From NCBI RefSeq assembly GCF_036321535.1, contig NC_087436.1, positions 27,778,001 to 27,842,000 of the forward strand: 64,000 nt of DNA, read 5' to 3'. This stretch comes from Camelus dromedarius (taxonomy: Eukaryota). The position numbers were made by a program, and so were the translations under genes. The notes beneath the pieces are model-generated. The model was not told where the DNA came from. It saw only the letters and a program-made list of their open reading frames with translations, and made no database searches. Positions 50,266 to 63,975 of the stretch are shown one piece after another; within the stretch, counting starts at the first letter, position 1, and the number at the start of each line of letters is the position of its first letter.

Positions 50266-53200
50266 ATGAGAATTATAAAACTAATTGTGGAAAAAAAAAA
50301 CCCAAATACAATCACAAATTCCATACTAAACTTTTTTTTAAAAAGCATTAAAAGAATAATTAAACAGAATAATTCTGACTCTATGTCCAATGCTCCAAAC
50401 TAATTCCATCTCTGCCAGTCTGATCTCTACTTGACCAATAGATATTAATCCAAGTTTTGGATAGATATCTTTAGAACAACCAGTCCTAAAGCAGGTAGGA
50501 TTTGAATACAGTAGATATTCTAAATAATATAAAGGCATGCATTACCAGTAACGGAGTTACATAATATTTGTGGATGGCCAGTAAGGGGCGCCCAATGGAA
50601 ATGAAATACGTTCCCAGTAGCTAAATTAAAGGCCTAGGGAATACAGTAGAAATACGCTGTGGGACTTGTCCTCTCACTTCTCATTAGTATTCGCATTTCA
50701 CTGTTAGCTGCTATGCAACTGATTAAACCGCAGTAGTAGAAACGGTTATCACAGCTTAAAAAGAAGGAACGCCCTTTCCTCTTTTCCTTCTAAGCCAAGA
50801 AAGGTTGTCCATTTTGTCTATCTTAAATTCAAATAATAGCTTCATTTTTTAAATGTAGGGAGCATGGAGTTGCAAGAAGACACAAAAACTGAGCTAGAAG
50901 GAAGGAAGCTGATGGAGAAATATTGTCCATAAAATTATTTTAGAATTTCTGTCATTTCTCTAGAAAAGTAATGGATACCTGTTTTCTAATGGGATTACTA
51001 AGTCACACAAAGGGCATAATTCATTAATTCTTTTGTAACATCTGAAGAGAGCTAACAAAAAGAGTCCTAGTATGAAACAAAATTTATAAATATAAATATA
51101 ATTCCCTTCAACAGCGGAGGCTTTCTGGCCCCACACCACAACACACCACAGGCCTCTTTGATTCTACTTCTCTGCTTCAAAGTAACAGTTAACGGAAATT
51201 TTGGTTTTAAAAATATTTCTCTCATATCTTACCAGATATGGTTCACTGATCGTCAGTTGCCCTTCTTACTATGACTTATATGATAAGATTTTAGATCAGA
51301 ACCTTAGGAGTAGAAGACTCAGTTCTGCTCTTTTCTTTATTGTGCACTTGTTTGTATTTGCAGTATTTTGTTATATTTGATGTGTATTTATTTTCCAGAG
51401 CCCTATTAAGACCTTTGGAGAAAGTCTTATAGTGATTAATTCAAGTAACCCTAAATAATAAAATTCTAATATATATACACTGAGTAAAGACCCCATAGCT
51501 AATTTGTATATTTTCTGGATTGAAAATAATATAACATTGGAAGTTCTTATATTTTCTTCCAAAGGAATGATATCCTCCAGGATACAGATATCGTAGTTTG
51601 GATCCTGAGTCAAAAGGAGTTTTACAGGTTAACATCCATACACATGAAGGTCTGCATATGTGTAAGTGTAGGTCAAATAGTAGAATTAGTGTGGGTTGTC
51701 TACTGTCAGCATTAACAGTCACTGTTTTTATGGACTGTACATTAAGTAAGCCACAAAAACATTCAAGATGAATGGTAAAAAATTAACTAAGTGTTTTGAG
51801 CTCTGTGATAACCCTAAATACACCTGACTACCTATATTTGTTTAACCTCTTTTTGTAACAGTTTTTGTTTGCTAATCTAAACTGAAGAGAATGAAAATGA
51901 GTCCCTCAAACCCATCACTTCAGGCACACTGCATGCAAGAATTCCTTTGAGGTTCTCTCAGTGCAGTAAACAGATCTCCCTACATTCACTTGCCTCACAA
52001 ATAGCTATTTTTAATCATCTCTTTAGTTTTAAGGCACCGGGGGAATAATTTAATTTTAATTGTTTTGTTTTCAGGTCTGATGAGTGTAGATTTAAAGCCA
52101 GAATTCTTTTCATGCCTCTGTACATGAAGCCGTTCTGAAATGATGCACCGCTCAGTGAAATGTAACGAAAAATAATTCTGGCCTCCTCACTTAACATGTT
52201 GATGTGCTGAACAAATTTAAAATCATAGTTCAATAAGTCATAAAATATGAAAGTACCACACCAGACGTCTTGTCAGCGATCTTAAGATACGAGTCCTATA
52301 ACCCAATATATATATATCAAAGCTACAGGACGCCAAAAACACAAGAAGGAAGCATTATGGTACATTTATCATTTATACTGCATGTAAGGTTAGGACCTCT
52401 AGCTTTCTTATGATGGTTCCACTTGAGTGGTATAGGAATAAATGTATCTCAGTGCTCCTTCCCCTTCACAGTTATGCATTGCAGGGTAACAGATTTTCCA
52501 GCGAGAAACACTTTTCATACAGGCAAAAACGAAATATGTGGGACATAACAACACTGTGCCTCTTACATAATACGCTTCCTTAAACTATGCATAGTGTGCA
52601 GGTGATCCTTTATATAACATATAAACAATCATTTCACATGCTTTCAGAGGTCCCCCTAGTCTCATTAATATTTGTAGAAACTCTCGAGTTGACTTCATGA
52701 AATACATCAGACTAAAGTCAGGGAGCATTCAGTATGATTGCTGGATTTGGGAATTATTATGAACTATTAGCAATGACTCAGAGACTGTAAATGTGGTCAA
52801 AGGAGCCATAGGGAACAAGTAAGCATTTTTCCTTGAGAACTGCTGCAAGAAAACAATTTCCATTGTTTCCATCTTTGGTATGAGCTGCTGATTCCTTCTG
52901 GTTTCCCCAGGCAGTGCTTTCCACAGAAGCCCCAGGGGTCATGGGGAACCCTTGCACAGAATGCCTGCGTCAGGTTGCTAAGAGCACTTTCCACCTCACT
53001 ATTCCCCTAAGAATGGGAGTCCCCACACCGTGGCTTATAAGGAAGTTTCTCCACACAAGGTTCATCCTCATTACATTTGCAGTCTCTTGGTGTATGTATT
53101 ATGTCTTCCATTTGATTCATGGGAAATAGGTATGTAAATATCATTGTAAATACCATCCCTATTGTTGCTGTGGGAAATGAAAGGACTGATTCTTCTTTAA

Positions 53201-54990
53201 TTATTTGAAATATGTGCCTCGTTTAAAAGTATTAATGAGACTGGAAGAAAAGATATAAGCTGGGGGAAATGATCTTTCATCAGCACAATCTTCTAAAAAC
53301 TACCAAAGAGATTTTTTTCAGTTATAATTATGGAGGGTGGAGGAGAAGGGAATCTCAAGGTTTTAAATATACCATAAAGACTTTACTAGGACACTTCTAG
53401 GAAAGCATAGAAATCTGGTTCAGTTTTTACTGATCTTACTGACCATGCAGCAGAAACAGTTCCTTTATCTGACAAGCACAAATTTCCCTTTTTTTTTTTT
53501 TTTGGTTTGTTTCACAATTGTAGACAAATGCCTGTATTACAGAGCATTGGCAGTATTTTTTGATATCTTTTGGCTGCACAATGCACATGGCCTTTTGTGC
53601 AAGAATCTTAAAATAAAATTTATTTTGTCTGTTTTAAAGCATTTTAACTCATTAGCTCTTCAGCTTTCTCTCCTCTTTTTTTTTTTTATATGTAACGAGA
53701 TCAATAAGAATGATATCTGGAATATCATCTAAATGCCGTACACCATCCATAATGTCGGTGCATTCACCACAGGTCTTCTGATAACATTTACAAGTTTCCT
53801 ATTATTTCCTGCCAATAAACTTCTTGAGCCATCTGAAACTAAGAGACTGATTTCCAATAAATGTTTATTTGTAGCCATTTTCAATTTTTGTATATGCAGA
53901 ATTTAAATGACATTATGTTAGATATGTAATCTTTGACAAAAATTCTACTTAATGAAGTTTATTCCCTTAAAAGGAATCCACTTCAGAGAGTGACTTCAGT
54001 GAAAAATCTGTGAAATTAATTGACAGAAATGTATTCAATTAACTGACAAATCTTTTATAATGTCAATCCATCGTTTTTGTACATCCATCTTTTGGTACAT
54101 TTGATATAAACTTACAGTTTAACAGGTACTTAAGAACCACCCATGTTTCTGAAAGTGAATTGGAATATATTAAAAACTATGGGCAACGTTGAGAAAAATA
54201 CATAAGTACAACTCAGGGGTGGCTAACAGGTATTTGCTCTTAACCACTTATTAAATCATATTTCATGTTTTGTGCACTTTGGGACATGAGAGTTTTATTT
54301 CACAGTAATAGCTTCAAAATTATATAAGGATATTAAAGATGTATTTTTCTTCAAATTTGTCCAGGTCATCCTCATCATAACCTCCTAAAGTGACTGTATT
54401 CTATCTTGTCTAGGCACCCTAAGCCTGGCACAAAACCCTTCTTCTCACTGATTTTCATCAATGCACATCAAAAAAATAGTTTTTGAATATTTTTATACAC
54501 CAGTACTGGAATCATGTGCAGAAAGTGATGATTAACACTGATATGGCTCTGTTCTAATGAGCTTACATTCTGGTATCTTTGAGACATTTGTACATCTTAT
54601 GAAAATAACCTCTAAAATTCTTTATTGATGATAGACTCAAACACTAATTTTGGGGAAACTGGCTAGTAAAGAATTATTTTCTACGTTATTTTCAGATCTT
54701 TTAAAATCTTTTCAGAAGTTTCATATGACAAACATCTGAATATGAATTATGTAGTCATAAAGATAATTTCTTTGCAACATTATTCTATTATTTTTTTTAA
54801 AAATTCTAAACATCTAAGTCTTTTCCCAATGCTATGATTTTTCCTTATTAATCCAAGTGCTAATGTGACTTCCACTACACAGTTTTTATTTAGGTTGGTC
54901 TGCCCATTGCCCTAGAGATGACCCACTGGGTTCCTGACACTACCCTCTTTTCTCATTCTGTACTGAAACTCACTTAGAAGGTCCTTGAGA

Positions 54991-56171
54991 TGAGTCAAAG
55001 AAAAATTCCATCTAGCATATTAAACATGTAAGGAAGATTTTACTCAAGACACTGGCAGTGAGGGTCAAAACAACTCATCGCCACTGAAACAGAAACAAGA
55101 GAGTTTTTAAGTCTGGGGTTAGCTAGTAGAAAAGTATTCAAGGATATTACCTGGGAAGTTCCCTAATGAAATTCAGCCATTTATGTTTGCTAATTGTACT
55201 TATCCAAGTTAGGCTCCTAGCTTTCCATAGAGATCGGGAGACAGAGAAACTATCTTTCTTTGTGCCTTTTCTTTTCCTTTTTTAAAAAAAAAAATTATTG
55301 AGGTATATTTGGCATACAGTATTGTATTAGTTTCAGATGTACAACATAGTGGTTCAATATTTTTACAGATTAAACACCACACAACGTTATTATAAAACAT
55401 TGACTATATTCCCTGTGGTGTACATTACATCCCTGTGACTTATTTTATAACAGTGGTTTGTACTTCTTAATCCCCTTCACCTGTTTTGCTCCTCCCCTCA
55501 CTCCCTCACCTCCAGTAACCACTAGTTTGTTCTCTGCGTCTGGTGAGTCTGTATCTGTTTTGTTATATTTGCTTGTTTGTTTTATTTTTCCACACAAGTA
55601 TTCCACACATAAGTGAACATACAGTATTTGTTTTTCTTTGTCTGACCTATACCCTCCAGGCCCATTCATGTTGTTGCAAATGGCAAGATTTCATTATTTT
55701 TTATGGCTGAGTAATATTCCATTACACATATATACCACATCTTCTTTATCCATTTTTCTGTTGATGGACACAGAAGTTGTTTCCATATCTTGATTATTAT
55801 AAATAGTGCTGCTGTGAACACTGGGGTGCATGTATCTTTACAAATTTGTGTCTTCATTTATATAGATAAATACCCAGACTGGAACTACTGGATTGTATGA
55901 TAGTTCTACTTCTACTTTTTTGAGACACTATCCTTCTTAATGACTACATTTCAAAGGGATAGCTTCTAGATCTTTGAGAAAGATATTCCTGGGTTATAAA
56001 ACTGGTCAGAGTCTGGGAGAAGGTTTGTATTTCAAAACAGCAGTAAAAGTATTTAAAATTGCAAGTTTTCTAAAGGAAATGCTCTACAAGAGTGAAGATC
56101 AAGGTCTACAGTCAGAAAGATACTGTCTAAAGTGTAGTCAAGCTGAGGGGAACCTTAAGGCAAACTTGTCA
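54991..56171 (-). mobile_element. ERV1-class solo LTR (MER31/MER67-like), split by an L1
   Basis: Minus strand starts tgacaagtttgccttaaggttcccctcagcttgactacactttagacag and ends ...aatttttctttgac; the two halves join across the L1 TSD. Confidence 0.7.
55261..55926 (-). mobile_element. 5'-truncated L1 (ORF2 end + 3'UTR)
   Basis: ORF 55666-55857 KDTCTPVFTAALFIIIKIWKQLLCPSTEKWIKKMWYI..MEYYSAIKNNE is the ORF2p C-terminus; TSD actatctttctt (55249-55260) / actatccttctt (55927-55938). Confidence 0.95.
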
Positions 56172-57516
56172 GATTCCATCATGGATTATATCATAACTGT
56201 AGAAGTATCCTTCCACAATGTTAAACATTTCCTTCTCTGTCTGCTTTTAAGAGTCAGAGGAAGGTCAAATTAGGATTAAAATTTTTAAATAAAGAAAAAA
56301 AAATCAATGTTTCAAAAATGATACCATTTGATCCTATTTGGAATAATCTTCTCATAGATAATAATAATTATAAAGAAATTAGCTATTAACTCCTCAATAA
56401 TTCTACCTTATGATTAAAACTGAATGTTATGTTCCTTTTACATTATAGCATGACATTTAATTGAAGGAAACCTACTATAACAAATTGCTTTTCTTCTTTT
56501 GAGAAAAAAATGATTATTCTCTAAATGTATAGGAATTGGTAAGCCATTTTTCAAATCCTCATCTTCTATGTCTGAGCCTTTAAGAGAAAGAAGTTTCAAT
56601 CCAGCTACATAGGTCATCAGAATTAGAATGTCAATCAGAAGGCACTTCAAAGGGAGGAGACTGAAAATCCAGCGAAGGTGAAGAAAGGTATCTAATAAAA
56701 GAAATACAGGTTACTGAAAGGAAAATATGTGCATTTTGACAGAGCAGTCCATTCTCTTCAGGGAACTGAATTTGGAAAGTAAGAAATTAGTACTTATTAT
56801 ATACTAGGGAACTCAGAGGCCTACTTTATATCTCTAAGCTAACTAGGCCAGTACTGAATAATTAATATATATTGAACATTGGTTGATTTTTCTTCTCATT
56901 AGAATAATACAAGGCTAGCTGAATTGGTAAAGACAAACGTTCATATGAAAGTGATTTGGGGAAAAACACCAGTTTCTATTATGGAGATATGACACACAAA
57001 AGAGGTCACACATTTCTACAAGGTAAACGTATATTGTTATAACCTTATAGGGTCAAGAGAATAATAACTTTATGTCTTTGCTACTGTGCCAAGTAAATCA
57101 TTTTCTTAAATCTCACAACAAAACATCATATTACAAATTCATAGATGAGATAATTGAGGTAAAGGAAAACTAACTAACTTACTAGTAGTCACAACACTAC
57201 TATATTTGTATTAGTTATCCAAAGTCGAAATGAACTTTGGCTATGACACTGAATACATTGCTTCTTTGCATGTGTTCTGCATTGCAGAACATTTATCTTG
57301 AGGCAGAAACAAATCTGAATAGTGTTAACATTAGACACTGAAGCCTCTGACCTTTCTTTCATATTTTACAAACACTTCATCAAAAGTCTTTCTTGACTCT
57401 TATAGACAAAGCATATTCAAAATCCAAATTACTTTGCACTACCTTTTTGCTACTGTACTGTTCAGACCACCATCACCTCATTGTAGACTAGCATACTTGC
57501 TTCTCCCCTCGCCTCT

Positions 57517-57565
57517 AGGGCTGGTTACCTAATTTCTGAGTCCCAGTGCAAAATAAAGATATTTT
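57517..57565 (+). mobile_element. hAT-Tip100 (MER45-like) terminal fragment
   Basis: agggctggttacctaatttctgagtcccagtgcaaaataaa resembles the recalled MER45A start. Confidence 0.35.
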
Positions 57566-57589
57566 TATAAAGGAGGGAGGAAGCTCCCT

Positions 57590-57762
57590 CAGTGTCCCCA
57601 GCTAAGCCAGCTCCCTGTCAATGATGCAGTCACATCAATGAACTCAGACGATACCAGAAGAATGGCGTAGCCAACACACAAATTTGTGAGAAACAATAGA
57701 TTCTTATTGTTATAAGCGATTCAATTTTGGGTGTGTGTTTTTATGCACCAATAGACAACACA
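57590..57762 (+). mobile_element. MaLR LTR 3' fragment (MLT1-like)
   Basis: cacaaatttgtgagaaacaatagattcttattgttataagcgattcaattttgggtgtgtgtttttatgcaccaatagacaac. Confidence 0.6.
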
Positions 57763-58829
57763 GGGTTTCAATAGCTTTTTTTCTATAAGAAATTAAAAAA
57801 AAATCCTTTCATAAAAGGAATTTCTTGTCACATCTTTAGAATTTGTTTTCCTGTATTATATCTTTTTCTAACAAATTGCAATCATTTAAAAGAAAACTGG
57901 TGAGAGGAATTATAGAGTAGCTTAGTGTATGAAATCCTATGTGTCTTCTGTTTCATTTTATTTCTACAAGTCTGGAAGAAGTTTCACAGCAACTTTTGTA
58001 ACTTAACCCAAGCTTCTCTCCTTCCTTTTGATGTCCCCAAGCTGAGTCTATTGAGAACTGAAATTTGAATTTAATTGTTTCATTGTCAGTGAGGATTGTC
58101 TCTGTATCAGGAGGAAAGGTTTGAGATACAAAATTCTCAGCCTATTTGAAAAATTGTTTTCTCAAAGGGCCTGTATCTCTTCTAAAGCAAACAATGTGAC
58201 CAACATTTAAAAAGAAAAGTTAACAAGGTTTTTAAACAGAGTAAAAGTGATTTTACTGCAAACATATTTTTCCTCAATTTGAAAGAGAGTCAATTGGTGA
58301 CTGTTACGATCAGCCCTAGACAGCATTCCTTATTGTTCTTTAATTTCCATGATAATTGACAGGTATTAAAGGAAGCTTGATAAATCTTTTCTTTAAAACA
58401 TTTCAAATGCTAAAAGAGGGAGTTATTTTGGGCAGACGGGTTATGGCATTTCTTTTAAACTGACTGGAAAACATGTTAGCTTTTCCTGGAGCATTTAATA
58501 CTATTTATTTTATTTTAACTTAAAAATAGTTCCTTAATGTATTAGAAACATTTTTTACATTCATTATTAATGTTAATTTTTATTAGACATAATGTGCTTA
58601 CATTTAGCAATAAATTTTCAATCTCTAGTTTACAAAGTGGTGTGACTATAAACAGGAAAGTGATAAATCTGTCAAAAAAAATATCTTCAGTAAGATGTAT
58701 ATACTTACCTTAGATAAAAGAAATAATTTTAATTAAAAATATAGGTAACAGACATTTAAAGATTGTTTACTTCTATGAAGCAAACATTCTTTTACTTGCA
58801 AGATGGATGTTCTACTAAAAAGAGAGTAA

Positions 58830-59112
58830 GGCTGAGGTCAGGAAAACTGGGTTTCAGAAATGGCTTGGCTACCAACAAATTGTGTAACATGAACAAAGTT
58901 GCTTTATCTCTGTACAACAGTTTCCTAACTTATTTTATTTTTTGTTTGTTTTTTGTTTTTGTTTTGTTTTGGGGGGCTGGTTATTAGGTTTATTTATTTA
59001 TTTTTTAATGGAAGTACTGGGGATTGAAGCCAGGACCTCATGCATACTAAGCACGTGCTCTATCGCTAAGCTATACCCTCCCTCCCAGTTTCCTAATTTT
59101 TAAATGAAGGTG
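58830..59112 (+). mobile_element. MIR interrupted by a SINE
   Basis: gtcaggaaaactgggttt...tgtgtaacatgaacaaagttgctttatctctgtacaacagtttcct | aatttttaaatgaag follows the MIR core. Confidence 0.65.
58929..59085 (-). mobile_element. tRNA-Ala-derived SINE, camelid vic-1-like
   Basis: Minus strand gagggtatagcttagcgatagagcacgtgcttagtatgcatgaggtcctggcttcaatccccagtacttcca plus A-rich tail; perfect 11-bp TSD cagtttcctaa at 58918-58928 and 59086-59096. Confidence 0.93.
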
Positions 59113-61974
59113 TATATAATGAGAGTTTCCTGGCAATCAGATTAGTTGAAAGTTTATTAGAAAGCTTATAAAAATAAATTGAGGGGCAAGCGAGTTTTCC
59201 TCACATAGCTTCTTTTGAGACAGGGAGTTATGGTAATTGTTCCTCACCTAAATGCAGTGAAACACAGGTGGCCGAAGCTATGGACACAAATGCCTTAGTA
59301 GGGACATTTTTCTTCTGTACTAAAAGAGCATGAAACCACACATATTATCGTGCCAGAGGTGGCTGTTGAAACCTAAAGGAGCTCACAGTCCTTGCAGATG
59401 TAGGCAGATGAATTATAAGAAGATCGAGCCAGTAAGGGTGGTCACGCTTGTCTACTCTACTGTTTCAGTTGAAGAGAACCAACTGTGAGTCAACTGGAGC
59501 CTGGAGGATTCTGCAGAAAGATCATGGCATTTTCAGGTTTTACTTCCTTCTCATCAGAGCCCTTACCCTACTTAAATCACATATGACAGGTAAAACCCGC
59601 ATTTAATGTAATTTGGGTTAAGTCTAAGGCACCTGTGCCATTCCAAGAACTGTTGGTCTGAGAGGAGAGACGGAGCCAGGGATAACTTTCAGTGTGTACA
59701 TGGCACTTGGTCAAGGTTCTGTGAATAATTGGAGAGGCAGCAATCACTGCTTCAGGTGAACAGATGCAGGTGCTTGCCTCGACAATTGGACTTTTGTAGG
59801 TGTTGGCGCACATCATCCCTGCTAATAATACATTGGCACCTTCTGACTAATCCTGGGCAGTATGATATGTCATAATGTGTTTTCTAATTTTCCACAGACT
59901 GAGGATTTTACACTTGGGTAACACAACCACCTGAGTGGGGGCATCTGCCAATACTGTGAATTCCAAATGTGGCCGCTGACACAAGTGGTATAAAGCCTAG
60001 ATCGGCTGAAACAAGGGCTGTAAATTATGCTCCAGAATCTCCCAGTAAGACTGACAAACACTGAAAACTGTAGTATTCTTCATTTTTTTTTTTCTTAGAG
60101 TAGTTTAAAAATGGACATTTGTCATGCCCCAGTTCACAGATAATGAAGTTAAAGTCCAGTGATGGCTGATGACAATTTTTCTTTTGAGTACAAAAGAGGA
60201 AGTTACAAAACATCAATTGTTCTTATATTATCAAATAATATGATGTATGCTAATGCATATTTATAAAATTCAAATATTGAGCAATGTTAGAATTATCTTA
60301 ATCTGCCCTTGGACACTAATGTTAATTATGGAGGCATCAGGAACTTTGTCAAAGGGCTAATTAGCCCTATTGTATGGAGTCCTACTTCCAAGTGAGAAAG
60401 GCAGTTGATATTCATGTTTTAGTGGTGCCCCAGCTTATATATCCTTCCATTCAGTACACAGGAAGCAAGAGTGTGGAATTACAGATATCTACACTGTGTA
60501 ATGCATTTGGACATAAGGTTAAATAATTGATGGCTTGAATCTCAATCTAAGCGAAATTATATGTCCCAAATGTGGAGAAAAATTCATCAAAATAAAATTT
60601 CAGCACTTCTTCACTTTTCAAAAATATCTAATAATACACTCTATATTCATGTATATAGCATTTATTTGTGATATGTGTATATTTATGACTAATGGTTACA
60701 GAGGACCAAGAAAAAGTGTAAATAGACATTTTCTTTGGGGACGGGATTACTAGTAACTTTTTTCTTTTTACAATAAGACTATTTAAAATAACTAATTGTT
60801 ATTCTAAAACACCATGAAGGAGAACACAGAACATGGGCATGAAATGGGACACAGATTTATTCCCTTTGAATTTGACCTGTATCTTTAGTAGTAATTTATG
60901 ACTGCAGGATTTATTTATTTTTCCCAAGTTTCTGTTTGTTTGCTTATTTTTAAGTCTGTGAATGGTTCTCTCTTGCTTACTCCCTTAAAATAAATAAAGG
61001 AAATGTGTCTTAAAGTTCTCAGGCCACTATACCCCTAGACCTAACCATTCTGTTTTCAAGTTTTTAACAGGACAGTCTCAGTCAGGTGAGGGCAGCAAAG
61101 CACTGAAAAAAGAAAAAGAGGCTTCTCTGTCCCTTGGGCAGAGTAACTAGGGACTTTTTGAGGCAGGACAGGGCTTGACATGGGTCACCAGCTCAGAGCA
61201 GGGATTGGTGCAGGCATGGATCATACCAGGGTTTTCATCTCATGAGGATTTTTGCATCTCAAGCAAAGTTTTAGGAAGAACAGAATGAGCGGCAACATGC
61301 AGATTGAGGGAAGCGTGAAAGTTACTGTTCGCAGAGTTTTCAGGCATCAGAAAGCAAGGCCAGATAAGCAAGGTAAGTTAAACAAGGCATTCAGACACTG
61401 AATTTAATTCCAAGAGCTGGCTTATTTTATTGATGATCCTTCAGAGTCAGTCAATTCTTGTAGATAGTTAAGTCCAGCTATATAGCACAGCCTTATGCAA
61501 TCAAAGGAAAGGAAAATGAACACCAAATAGGACCCCGCTGTCCCAGCTCTCAACACACTGCCCCCTTAAAGCCACACAAGTTGCCTTGAGAGTTTCAAAT
61601 TAATCAGAATTGCTTTCAGAACCTGGAAAATAGAGAAATGAGAGGCTCCTACCTATGATTCTAAATAGATCTATATCTATAAACATATTCTTTGTCTTTC
61701 CTCTTTGTTGGGAGAAAACAAAAAGAAAAAAAAACTAGAACGTTTGAGAGGCACTAATTTTTAGTCACAGTATGAGATACATAGCTTTCACAGAGAAAGC
61801 AAACGGATTGCTGAAGTTACGATCTTAATTTAGAGAACCAATCTAGGGTTCTGTTCAGATGATTACTTTATATTTGTGGATATTAATTATTCTCAAACCC
61901 TAAAGAGAGGAGAAGAGGTAACATTCTTTTATGGGGAAATGTTTTAATCATTTTGAGGGCATATTAAAAAAAAT

Positions 61975-62016
61975 CACACACGCACGGACACACACGCACG
62001 GACACACACGCACACG
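61975..62016. repeat. Compound CA-rich tandem repeat (cacacacgcacgga unit, about 3 copies)
   Basis: cacacacgcacggacacacacgcacggacacacacgcacacg. Confidence 0.85.
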
Positions 62017-62525
62017 AATATTATTCAGTCATAGAAAAGAAGGAAATCTTATCTTTTGTGAGAATATGGATGGACCTTGAGGGCACTATGCTAAGTGAAA
62101 TAATTCAGACAAAGACAAATATTATATGATCTCACTTACATGTGGGATCTAGAAAAAATGAATCCATTGAAAGAGAGAAATGATCGATGGTTGCCAGAGA
62201 TGGGTGGTGGGTGGGGTGGTGAGGGGCTGTGGGAAATAGGTGGAGGTGGTCAAAAGGTACAAACTTCCAGTTAGAGAATTTAATTGTGAATATATAATAG
62301 ACCACACGGTGACTATAGTTAACAATATTGTATTGTATACTGAATGTTGCTAAAAGATTAAAAAAAATTTTTACCACAAGAAAAGTAAAGGCGTTGGATG
62401 TATTAACTAAACTAGTTTGGTAATTACTTCACAATATATGTATATATCAAATCATTATGTTGTACATCTTAAACTTATACAATGTAACATCAATTACATC
62501 TTCATAAAGCTGGGGGACAAAAAAG
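62016..62525 (+). mobile_element. L1 3' end (L1MA9-like)
   Basis: gaatattattcagtcatagaaaagaaggaaatc...tggatggaccttgagggcactatgctaagtgaaataa...aaagctggggg. Confidence 0.88.
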
Positions 62526-62879
62526 AATAAGGATTCCTTTCTGGAAAAAAACGGTGATAAAATACTCCATACTTCTCTGGAAAGGATAACTTCTCAGAGT
62601 TCATCATAAAGAAAATAGAATATTAACAAGAGAGTTGAACTGCATATCTCATTGGTCTTTATTTTATAAATACAATTTTTTTCTATATGCAGTCATTTAC
62701 CAATGATGTCATAGTCAGTCATTCTCATCGGTTGAATATTTGGGGAATTCAGCTCAATGTCTCCTTCCCAAATTCCATTCAAAATTAAACTTCCCAAAAG
62801 TTATGCCATTTATATTCTATACTTTTACCCACACCATTTACTCTGCAGATTAAACTGGTATTCACCCTAGCAAATTTTC

Positions 62880-63360
62880 ACAATGGTTTCAGGACACAGA
62901 GCAAATTTTTAGCAGAACTTTCAAAGCCCTTCATGACCGATTTGGTCCTTGCATTTCTCTTCAGCCACTCTGTAGACAATTTGCCATTCTCTCTGCTTTC
63001 TGCCTCAGCTTTACTGACTTGTATTCAGCTCTGTGACAGCACATAACAGCATTTTAGTGCAGGGTTCTCACTCTCCTGGGAATGGTTTCCCTTCCTCTGA
63101 CACAGTCACCTGCCACCCGGCTACCTCCTAATTATTATTTATGTCTAAACTCACATGTTATTTTCTTTCAACTCCTTCTATAAGCCTTTCTAGCCTAAGT
63201 CAGTTGCTTTTTCTCCCTGTTCTTTGAGTAACAATTGCATATCACTGTCATAATTCTGTCTCACTTATTAAATTACTTTTTCACATGCCTATCTCTCTTG
63301 ATAGGTTGTGCATTCTTTACAGCTATGTGTTATTTTATTTACCAATATATTCCTGTTCAC
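62880..63360 (+). mobile_element. L2 fragment
   Basis: ttcaaagcccttcatgaccgatttggtcct...cacccggctacctcctaatt...catgcctatctctc. Confidence 0.55.
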
Positions 63361-63489
63361 ATTTAATCTGATTTCACAACACGTGTATACAACCAATTAT
63401 CACATGTGTATATGAACATGTGTTCATATGTACAAAGAGAAATAAGTAAGAACAGCTTCTGCATATTGAGTCCCTTGTTATACATCATG

Positions 63490-63680
63490 TAACTCTGTAA
63501 GCTTTTTAATATACATCCTCCAGTCTTTTAGACAGACCATGAGTTCTCTCTTTGCATTTTTATTTACAGATTAGTAAGCTGAGATAGTGAGATGCTGGGA
63601 GCTTGACCCATGACACATGGACATTTGGGATATAACCCAGGTTTGTATCTAACTGCCTGGCATCAAAATCCAAGGATAGT
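63490..63680 (-). mobile_element. MIR
   Basis: atttacagattagtaagctgagatag...cttgacccatgacacatg...gggatataacccaggt. Confidence 0.5.
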
Positions 63681-63829
63681 GAACCAGTATAAGATATGTT
63701 TTTCATCAATAAACCAGTGACTCATTCAGATTACTGAGATCAGAAGGCACGCAATGATGAAACTCTACCATTGTCATAGCTATCACTTCAGACACGTTTG
63801 CCTTGACTTTACATTCTTTGTTCTTGGTG

Positions 63830-63975
63830 CTTCAATCAGGAATAAATATGAGTGTTAGAGACAGCTAGTTAATGGCTTAATAAAAGAAACAAAGTTTTGT
63901 ACATTAATGACCAGACTTGGACAATCAGTGTTTTTCACAAAACTTTCAGGGACCCAGATGTCTTCTCTAGATTAT
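63830..63975 (-). mobile_element. Old MaLR LTR fragment (MLT1J-like)
   Basis: aatggcttaataaaaga...cagggacccagatgtcttc. Confidence 0.35.

Noticed and set aside
61070..61560. Possible old LTR
   Set aside because: Composition is LTR-like, but I could not match termini or a family.
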